64,000 bases of DNA from positions 989 to 64,988 of the forward strand of contig JAZDKA010000010.1 of NCBI GenBank assembly GCA_043803385.1. The letters are read 5' to 3'. The position numbers were made by a program, and so were the translations under genes. Positions 57,136 to 64,000 of the stretch are shown in pieces. Origin of the DNA: Patescibacteria group bacterium. GTDB lineage: Bacteria > Patescibacteriota > Minisyncoccia > Moranbacterales > JAKLHP01. The notes below the pieces were generated by a model. That model was not told the origin of the DNA, did not search any database, and was given only the letters and a program-made list of their open reading frames with translations. The stretch's first letter is position 1, and every line of letters begins with the position of its first letter.

Positions 57136-57780
57136 TTATTTGGCTATTTCCAATCCAGCTAGGCTAAAAAATTCTTTTTCTGTTTCTTTGTATTGGCTTT
57201 GAGCACCATTCATTTCTTTTTCAGCCGCAGCAATCTGAATCTTTAGGTCATCTATCTGCTTGATAAGATCGTTAACTGTTTTTTCATCAGCTACGCTCAT
57301 AGTTTGGGGATTTTTTTCCAAGATGCCAACCATTGCTTTCATCTTTTCAAGCATCTTGACTTGAAGGTTGTTATAGCTAATTTTGGCAGCATTTTCTTTT
57401 TTGGCTATTTCTAAAAACTTTTCAGCGCTCGTTTTTATCTTGGAATCAGTAATTTCTCCGAGCATTGATTTCAATTCAACTAATTTTTTATCAATAGAAT
57501 CTAGTTTAACAGCTGCGTCTTTTTTTCTGCCCAAAGCGCTATCAATTATTTTTAACACATCGGTATATTTTTTATCATTCATCTGCTTATCAAGAGTACT
57601 CCATTCGGGCATACTGTTTAAATCGGAAACTTTAGCTGCCTCTTTTTCCAAGGAAGCAATTTCGTTATGCTTATCAATAAATGCCTGCGGAACTTTTGAC
57701 GCAAAAAAAATCTTATAGAAGCCAATTAATATAAGTGCAACACCGGCTAAAATGGACAGGATAATTATTATTTTTTTCAT
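57136..57780 (-). CDS. Membrane-anchored coiled-coil protein
   Basis: N-terminal TM; K/E/A helical body; GAGGTGA SD. Confidence 0.8.
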   Translation of the reverse strand: MKKIIIILSILAGVALILIGFYKIFFASKVPQAFIDKHNEIASLEKEAAKVSDLNSMPEWSTLDKQMNDKKYTDVLKIIDSALGRKKDAAVKLDSIDKKLVELKSMLGEITDSKIKTSAEKFLEIAKKENAAKISYNNLQVKMLEKMKAMVGILEKNPQTMSVADEKTVNDLIKQIDDLKIQIAAAEKEMNGAQSQYKETEKEFFSLAGLEIAK

Positions 57781-57878
57781 TTATTCACCTCGCTTTCTGT
57801 TTTATTTTTTGTTATTTTATGTATTTTTGTTTTCTGGTTTAATTTTTAAATTATTTTGATCCTGTTAAAAAAAATCCT

Positions 57879-58547
57879 CTATTTGCTAAAAAGTTTCACT
57901 GCCCAGCCGAATAAGCTGAATTTATTTTCGTTCTGGATGATAAAATTATCAATGTTCGCCTGTTCTTGTTCCAACGTCTGAATCTGTGTTTGCAATTCGG
58001 CTTTGTCTTGATCATTCTCTGCCTTGTCAGCTAATCGCTTAAGTTGTTCGATTCGGTTTCGTGTTTGCACCATCTGGCTTCGCAAATCGCCCATATTTTT
58101 GTAATCTGAGCCTATGAAGAAAGTCTTTATTTTGCTTCGGCTTTCCACAGCGGTGATTTCGCCAGCCACTTTCTCCTTGGAATCATTTTGCTGTTGGGCA
58201 ATGGCTTTTACTTGTTGTCCAATGCCTCCTTCTCGGTCAGCCACCACCAACAGGCTCTGAACAAAATTAGCCACTGTGCTTCGGTGAGATTCGGCATTTA
58301 CCTGTCCTTTATTATCTTTTGTCTTATTTTTATTTCCATTTTCTTGAATTGCGGTTGTGTCAGCAGCTTGAGCGGTATCATCAGTTGTAACCGCATTCGA
58401 ATTTTTTCCTTGAGTGCCCTTATTATTCTGGGCTTCAGTGGCTTTATCCGATTTTGCCACTGCGGCTTCTTGAGCCGAAATAGAAGAAATTAACGCTACT
58501 GTGAATGCTATTATTAGAAATACTAATAGACTTTTTTTGTTTTTCAT
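57879..58547 (-). CDS. Secreted hypothetical protein
   Basis: Signal peptide, low-complexity N-terminal part, coiled-coil C-terminal part. Confidence 0.8.
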   Translation of the reverse strand: MKNKKSLLVFLIIAFTVALISSISAQEAAVAKSDKATEAQNNKGTQGKNSNAVTTDDTAQAADTTAIQENGNKNKTKDNKGQVNAESHRSTVANFVQSLLVVADREGGIGQQVKAIAQQQNDSKEKVAGEITAVESRSKIKTFFIGSDYKNMGDLRSQMVQTRNRIEQLKRLADKAENDQDKAELQTQIQTLEQEQANIDNFIIQNENKFSLFGWAVKLFSK

Positions 58548-58583
58548 AGTTTTTTGGTTATTTATTAGCTAGTTTTATTATAT

Positions 58584-58660
58584 CACAAAACAGAGCGTTG
58601 CTACTATTTTTTAATTTGTATCATAATTCTACGGCCGTGGGAAAATGATACATTTGGAAA
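58584..58660. repeat. Module-boundary element, copy 4
   Basis: CACAAAACAG...TTTGTATCATAATTCTACGGCCGTGGGAAAATGATACATTT. Confidence 0.85.
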
Positions 58661-58727
58661 AAAGACTAATTTTTATAGAGAAAGAGCTCCGCGCAGGAGC
58701 TCAGAAATGGTTAAAATTTACTTTTTG

Positions 58728-58973
58728 CTATTCTTTGATTTTTTCGTTGTTTATTATAACTTTTTTCAAAACCACCCCTCCTATGGAAAATGTAAGTTCC
58801 ATTTTTCCAATGTGTTTTTCCTTTGAAGTTTCCTTGAAAAACTGCTCAAAAGCCTTCTTTGCTTTCTTATCTTTCTTTTCCCCAAAAGTAGTGCTGATGT
58901 TTTTTTCTTTTGTTTTTCCTTCAGTGTACGTAATTATTCCGGAAATAACATAAACCTTTTCTTCCTTTTTCAT
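58728..58973 (-). CDS. Small Lys-rich hypothetical protein
   Basis: AAGGAGGT SD. Confidence 0.7.
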   Translation of the reverse strand: MKKEEKVYVISGIITYTEGKTKEKNISTTFGEKKDKKAKKAFEQFFKETSKEKHIGKMELTFSIGGVVLKKVIINNEKIKE

Positions 58974-59052
58974 TTAAACCTCCTTAAGCAAAAAATAATT
59001 CCAACCGTTCTAAAAATTTAACACCAAATAAAAACTAAGTCAATTTAGATAA

Positions 59053-59592
59053 TTATAGCTTATTCCCATTGAAGCAGAGGATATCATTAATCTTCCAAGC
59101 ACCATTATCATTTATCAAGGATACGGTAATTGAAGGCCAGCCGGTATATACGATTACCTTAAACTTAGCCGATGCCGAATCCTTGCTTATCAAAGTTATG
59201 GATAATTTCGAGGCGTCGTCGGGAAAATCCTGGGCGCATAAAAATGGGTTGGCTGACATTTTATTCGCAGGATCTTTAACGAGCTTATTATAGGATTGAA
59301 TAATCTTCTGTGTCACAAAACTAGTGCTTAAACTATTATCCTTACTGGTCTTCCTGTTCAAATAACTTATCAGCGATTCATAATATTCTTTTACTATCTG
59401 CTCCGGAGTTTTTTCCGTCTTTTCGGCTGGAGTAGCCTGATTTTTTGCATTTGGCGTTTCTGAATTTTTTATAGCTGGCGCTTCTGAACTTTGCGTTTCC
59501 TGTTTATTTCCCAGCCAAATAAATCCGCCGACAATAGCAGCGATGATAAGAATGATTCCAATAGCTATTTCTGATTTGATAATCTTGTCCAT
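59053..59592 (-). CDS. Membrane-anchored protein (DUF3828-like, tentative)
   Basis: N-terminal TM; PEQIVKEYY, NPFLCAQD, WKINDI. Confidence 0.7.
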   Translation of the reverse strand: MDKIIKSEIAIGIILIIAAIVGGFIWLGNKQETQSSEAPAIKNSETPNAKNQATPAEKTEKTPEQIVKEYYESLISYLNRKTSKDNSLSTSFVTQKIIQSYNKLVKDPANKMSANPFLCAQDFPDDASKLSITLISKDSASAKFKVIVYTGWPSITVSLINDNGAWKINDILCFNGNKL

Positions 59593-59625
59593 TTTATTTT
59601 TATTAATTTTTACTAGCTTTATTAT

Positions 59626-59651
59626 AACACAAAAACAAGGTTTTGCCCCTG
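59626..59651. repeat. Module-boundary element, short copy
   Basis: AACACAAAAACAAGGTTTTGCCCCTG. Confidence 0.75.
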
Positions 59652-59662
59652 TTCCTGGCTGG

Positions 59663-61009
59663 CTACTTTAAGGCGATATAAAAAGTCGTTCCCTTATTTT
59701 CTTCCGACTCAAACCATATTTTCCCGCCCTGGAGGCTTACTACTTTTTTAACATAATACAAGCCCAGTCCCGTCCCTGAAACAGCAAACTTTTTGGCGCT
59801 ATCGGTCCGAAAAAAACCTTGGAATATTTTAAGCCTGTCTTTATTGGAAATTCCGATTCCCTGATCCTTAAAAGAAAAAATATTGAATTTCTTTTCCATT
59901 TTGCGATCTATTTCTATTTGGGATCCCGGTTGAGAATATTTGATGGCATTGTCAATGATATTACTGAACACTCTTTTTAGTTTTTCCGGATCGCACTGAA
60001 GCATGATTTTCGGAGGCATACTTTCTTTAATTATTATCTTTATGGACTTTTTGGAAGCCATGAGATTAAGGTCATCGGCTGCCTTTTTTATGAGTTCAAC
60101 GATGTCCGCGTCTCTAACGGCTAATTTTTTTATTCCTCCAGCTTCCAGAGGCGGAATAAGCAAGAAGTCATTGATTATTCTCAAAAGATTCCGGCAACTC
60201 TCCTCAATCAGACGCAAAGAATCCAGCTTATCCTTTTCTAAACTAATAGATGATTTAGAAATTAAATTTTCCAGCGACCAGAGGATGCCGTTGAGCGGAG
60301 ACCGGATATCGTGGGAAGCAATTGAAACGAATTCAGATTTTAATTCTAATATCTTCTCTTCCTTTTTCCTGATGATCCACCCCGTGGCAATCATAGCCAA
60401 AAGAATAAGTGTAACTAAAAGCGGTAGCGAGGAATAAAGCCAGACGGTTTTCGTATAATTGAGAGCCTCAATATCCATTCCAACCACGGCGATTATCTTT
60501 TGCGTTTCTGGGTTAACTATGGGACTAAGCGCCGAAATCCAGCTTCCCCAGCGGTCTGAAACCGGTCCCTCAATCAATGGCGATCCTGTATCAAACATAG
60601 AATAGAAATCCTGCGTGGCTTCGGGATAAATTTGCCCCGGAGGCGAATAAGAATCTGACCCAGGGTCTTCGGAGTCAACCATAAAATAAACTTGCCCGTC
60701 CTTCCTCCCAGAAATATAGACAAAACGCGCATCAGGATTGATACGTTTTACGGCAACAATTTTTTCTTTAATGATGGCGTAATCGGGATTTAAAATATCG
60801 GATTCATCGCCCGAGAGACTGGCTATCCAATCAGTGTTGAGCGATTTAGATAACGTGGCGGAGCGATTAAGAAGAGACTGTTTCTCAAAACTGCTAATTT
60901 TAATATAAACATAAAAAGACGAAAAAATTCCCACAAATATCAAAATCAGCATTATGGCCGGATAATACCAGGCGAAATTTTTTGAACCAAGATGGAATAA
61001 ATTTTTCAT
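59663..61009 (-). CDS. Sensor histidine kinase
   Basis: Two TMs around an extracellular domain; SHDIRSPL H box, NAIKY, DQGIG, GTGLGL. Confidence 0.93.
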   Translation of the reverse strand: MKNLFHLGSKNFAWYYPAIMLILIFVGIFSSFYVYIKISSFEKQSLLNRSATLSKSLNTDWIASLSGDESDILNPDYAIIKEKIVAVKRINPDARFVYISGRKDGQVYFMVDSEDPGSDSYSPPGQIYPEATQDFYSMFDTGSPLIEGPVSDRWGSWISALSPIVNPETQKIIAVVGMDIEALNYTKTVWLYSSLPLLVTLILLAMIATGWIIRKKEEKILELKSEFVSIASHDIRSPLNGILWSLENLISKSSISLEKDKLDSLRLIEESCRNLLRIINDFLLIPPLEAGGIKKLAVRDADIVELIKKAADDLNLMASKKSIKIIIKESMPPKIMLQCDPEKLKRVFSNIIDNAIKYSQPGSQIEIDRKMEKKFNIFSFKDQGIGISNKDRLKIFQGFFRTDSAKKFAVSGTGLGLYYVKKVVSLQGGKIWFESEENKGTTFYIALK

Positions 61010-61053
61010 TTTTATTAGTATACCACAAATCACCAACCGGCAAAAGCGCCGAC

Positions 61054-61080
61054 AACACAAAAACAGGGTTTTATCCTTGC
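61054..61080. repeat. Module-boundary element, short copy
   Basis: AACACAAAAACAGGGTTTTATCCTTGC. Confidence 0.8.
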
Positions 61081-61106
61081 CTTTTCAATAAATCAAACTC
61101 TCGATT

Positions 61107-62090
61107 TTATCTCAACAAAAACTTCTCCAGCCAATCGTTTTTATAAATTACTTCAATCTTTCTTTCAACTTTATCAAGGACATTGTTGCTCCATATTCCT
61201 GCTTGAGTATCACTAACCAGCCCTATGATGTTTTCCAAAAGATACAGCCTTATTTTTTCACACAAATCGCTTGCTTCAAATAATTTAGGATAGTTTTCTC
61301 TCAATATTTTGATTTCATTTTTCGGAACATATTGAGAATAAACTGATTCCAGCCCTTCTTCTACATAATCAGCAGGCTCATAGAAATAATCCACTATTTT
61401 CCAAAGTTCATAATCCCTTGGTGCTTGGCAAGCCCAATCCCAATCAATAATTCCAGTAATTTTATCTCCAGCAAAAAAGATATTCTCAAAATGAATGTCA
61501 TTATGAATCAAGACAGATTCTTCGTTATTATTTATCAGGCTAATATTTTTTTCATAAAATTTATCTAGATATTCTATTGATTCTCTGAGATTATTGCTTA
61601 GTTTTGTTTTATCTATTTTTTCAAATTGAATTGAATTTCTAATGGCATCGTTAAAATTGGAAAACCTTTTCTTCCGACACATTGGCAAAGCGTAATCACC
61701 GAATTTTATGGAATGGATTTTTTGAAGCTGGTCTGCCAGCTGGATAAGGAAATTTTCTCTTTGGGAATCATCAAATTTTAACCATTCGTATGATAAGTTT
61801 GTTCCTTTTACTTTTTCCATCAGCAAATACTCTTTTCCATCGACTTTTCCATAATCAATAATTTTTGGCACTTTAACTCCCGCATAAAGCAATCTTTCGG
61901 TTATTTCTGGCTGATGTTTGAATAATCCTTTTTTGATTTCAATATCTCCTTCTATTTTCAGAACATACTTTCCATTAATATTGTAAACACGATTAATCTG
62001 ACCGCTGGTAAAACGAGTTATATTTTCTGAAACAGATAAATTATTCTTTCTTAGAATTTCTTGAATTATTTGTTTATCGTTATTTTCCAT
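61107..62090 (-). CDS. Aminoglycoside phosphotransferase (APH)-family protein
   Basis: YVLK, VPKI, LIHNDIHFENI, IIDWD. Confidence 0.87.
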   Translation of the reverse strand: MENNDKQIIQEILRKNNLSVSENITRFTSGQINRVYNINGKYVLKIEGDIEIKKGLFKHQPEITERLLYAGVKVPKIIDYGKVDGKEYLLMEKVKGTNLSYEWLKFDDSQRENFLIQLADQLQKIHSIKFGDYALPMCRKKRFSNFNDAIRNSIQFEKIDKTKLSNNLRESIEYLDKFYEKNISLINNNEESVLIHNDIHFENIFFAGDKITGIIDWDWACQAPRDYELWKIVDYFYEPADYVEEGLESVYSQYVPKNEIKILRENYPKLFEASDLCEKIRLYLLENIIGLVSDTQAGIWSNNVLDKVERKIEVIYKNDWLEKFLLR

Positions 62091-62207
62091 AAATATCAAA
62101 TGATAAAAATATTGCAATTTCTTTTCCTTTATTAGCATAATATCTGTCATTAAACCCACATACACGAAAACCATTTCTGAGATAAGTTTGTTTTCCTGGT
62201 AAATTCA

Positions 62208-63260
62208 TTAGATTTTCTTGTATCTAGCACCTCTCTTTACCCCTATCATTTCAACCAATTTTAAATCAACCAAGCGAGATAACGCCTGCTTTATGGTAGC
62301 CATCGGAATTGATTTATTGAGGAGTTTTTCAACTTCCGAAACACTCAAAGTATCAGCTTGAAATAATTGATAAATCGTAAGTTGTTTTTCTGAAAGGAGT
62401 TTCTCTGGCTGGTCTTGTTCCATAATCCCCTTAGCTCTTTTTATTTGTTCCAGAAGAGCATCCAGCAAAAAATTCAGCCACAAAGTAATGTCCTCGTTTT
62501 TTGTTTTATGTTTGGATTGGGTTTTTCGCAGAGCCAAATAATATTCAATCTTTCTTTCTTCAATAATTTCATCCAGTGAAACATAGGGAACATAAGTGTA
62601 TCCAGTTTTAAGAAGCAATAGCGTGGTCAACGCTCTTGATAGCCTTCCATTTCCATCACTAAAGGGATGAATTGCCAAAAATTCAAAGATAAAATTAGCA
62701 ATGAGGATAAGCGGATGAATTTCTTTCTTTTCCATTTCTTCAGTCAACCAAAAGAGAACATCATCCATTTCTTTCTTAGTGAGATATGGCTTAGTTGGTT
62801 CAAAAATAACAATTTCTTTTCCATCTTCCATTCTCATAACCACTTTATTATCAGTCGTCTTGTATTTGCCCTTATGTACCTTATCTTTTTGGGAAAAATT
62901 AAGAAGTATTTTGTGAAAATGCAAAATCTGCCCTTCAGTTATTTTGAAGGTTTTCCAATTATCAAAGATTCTCCCTAGCAAATCAGCGTATCCTGCCACC
63001 TCCTCCGCATCCCTTCCCTTGGGAGGTGTTGATTTCAAGCCAGCAATAAGTCTAGCTACTTCATCATCAGACATTTTTGAGCCTTCAATACGAGTAGATG
63101 CTCCTGTGCTGGTAATTAGAACGCTCCTTTTGAGCCTGCCCAGTGTTTGGGGACTAAGCCTTAGACTGCCTTTCCATAACCCCTTAAACTCATCTATTTG
63201 GGTTATCTTTTGGAGTATTTTTTGGCTTAAAATAGCCCTTTTCGCAAATCTATTTTCCAT
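62208..63260 (-). CDS. Fic family protein with C-terminal winged helix
   Basis: HPFSDGNGRLSR catalytic motif; N-terminal STRIEG inhibitory motif (class II). Confidence 0.93.
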   Translation of the reverse strand: MENRFAKRAILSQKILQKITQIDEFKGLWKGSLRLSPQTLGRLKRSVLITSTGASTRIEGSKMSDDEVARLIAGLKSTPPKGRDAEEVAGYADLLGRIFDNWKTFKITEGQILHFHKILLNFSQKDKVHKGKYKTTDNKVVMRMEDGKEIVIFEPTKPYLTKKEMDDVLFWLTEEMEKKEIHPLILIANFIFEFLAIHPFSDGNGRLSRALTTLLLLKTGYTYVPYVSLDEIIEERKIEYYLALRKTQSKHKTKNEDITLWLNFLLDALLEQIKRAKGIMEQDQPEKLLSEKQLTIYQLFQADTLSVSEVEKLLNKSIPMATIKQALSRLVDLKLVEMIGVKRGARYKKI

Positions 63261-63503
63261 ATTGTTATTAGATATAAATTAACTATATCTAATTATAGCT
63301 AAATGTATCTAAAAGTCAAGTATCGCTGTTTTTCGTAACATTTATATGCTCTAATTATAACATTTATGTTACATTTAGCCGACTAAAACGGAGGTAATAA
63401 CGCAAAAAACACCATTTAAGGTGTTTCTGCTTCAAGCAAATCAAAATCTTTTGCGATTAGTCCGAGTCTATGCATGCCCTTGTACAAGAGGCACGGCTAC
63501 AGA

Positions 63504-64000
63504 TTATTTTGCTCGGTTTTTCCTGTGTATAACTTTTCTCAATTCCTCAACAATAACTATTGAAAAGGCGACAGTGATAATAATAAGCCAGTCTTTTCCA
63601 TTCAGGGGAACTGTCCGCAAAACTTTCTGAAAAAATGGATTGTAAACTGCCAATAATTGAAGCCCAATGACAATGCCCGTGGCTCCAACCAAAAATTTAT
63701 TGGAAAGGGGATTGGAGGTGAAAATTGATTTAATTTGAGAACGGCAATTCCAAGCGTTAAACCATTGAAAGACCGCCAAGGTCGTAAGAGAGATTGTCCA
63801 CGCTTTATGCAAGTCTGTCTGATAATTTTGGCTGAAAAGAAACAGCGTTCCAATCGCCATCGGAAGTGCCATAATAAACATTCTTAAAACCATTAACTTG
63901 TCCACAAAACCTGATTTCTTTTGAGTGAATTTCTTTCTCAGAAGATTATTTCCTTTCGGTTCCATCGCCAAGGCCACATCAAGAAATCCGTCTGTCACTA
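63504..64000 (-). CDS. P-type cation-transporting ATPase, C-terminal part (truncated by window edge)
   Basis: TDG..DVALAMEP, FQWFNAWNCRS, LQLLAVY. Confidence 0.88.
   Translation of the reverse strand, partial: VTDGFLDVALAMEPKGNNLLRKKFTQKKSGFVDKLMVLRMFIMALPMAIGTLFLFSQNYQTDLHKAWTISLTTLAVFQWFNAWNCRSQIKSIFTSNPLSNKFLVGATGIVIGLQLLAVYNPFFQKVLRTVPLNGKDWLIIITVAFSIVIVEELRKVIHRKNRAK

Noticed and set aside
47420-58660. Boundary repeats as a CRISPR array
   Set aside because: Spacing is 0.8-5.5 kb with genes between copies, and no cas genes are present
47420-61080. Canonical integron attC array
   Set aside because: No RYYYAAC box pairing with the terminal GTT, no clear L boxes and no IntI in the window; kept only as an analogy
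61107-62090. Antibiotic resistance gene call for the APH-fold proteins
   Set aside because: Only generic kinase motifs are visible; substrate cannot be inferred
63345-63375. Possible dif site (TTATGTTACAT resembles the XerD arm)
   Set aside because: No XerC-like arm at 6-bp spacing; better read as a TAACAT-TT-ATGTTA palindrome, possibly an operator upstream of the Fic gene
1-64000. Alternative genetic code 25 (TGA as Gly)
   Set aside because: Long genes are intact under code 11 and TGA ends genes such as pheS at the expected position

Overview
AT-rich bacterial chromosomal window using genetic code 11 (TGA ends pheS, dnaX-independent examples such as 47500 and 48321), with most genes on the minus strand. 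Gene content and style suggest a Patescibacteria/CPR (Parcubacteria-like) genome; this is inference. Core genes: two GT4 glycosyltransferases, a Wzz-like protein, recJ, a fused ADP-forming acetate-CoA ligase, a split hrcA-grpE-dnaK-dnaJ cluster with two CIRCE boxes, yidD, corA, cysS, dnaB, recR, rplU, mnmA, a VirD4/TraG-like ATPase, two sigma70-region-4 proteins, pheT, pheS, tyrS, secF, secD with an inserted parvulin domain, and the AmmeMemoRadiSam trio. An accessory tract from about 46.8 to 64 kb holds Nudix, kinases, phosphatases, guaA, secreted proteins, a histidine kinase, Fic and the end of a P-type ATPase. The most unusual signals are in the DNA itself. (1) A recurrent hairpin plus terminator element ending in TGTGTT marks boundaries between accessory modules. 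(2) Palindromic and short tandem-repeat elements sit in frame inside conserved genes (acd, dnaK, grpE, cysS, mnmA, pheS, pheT), with relatives in intergenic DNA. (3) There are MITE-like elements, one of which duplicated the secF start. (4) Many self-contained Shine-Dalgarno-led small-gene units, including microproteins missed by the ORF track, are wedged between core genes that mostly lack an SD. No tRNA, rRNA, CRISPR array, transposase or integrase was recognised.
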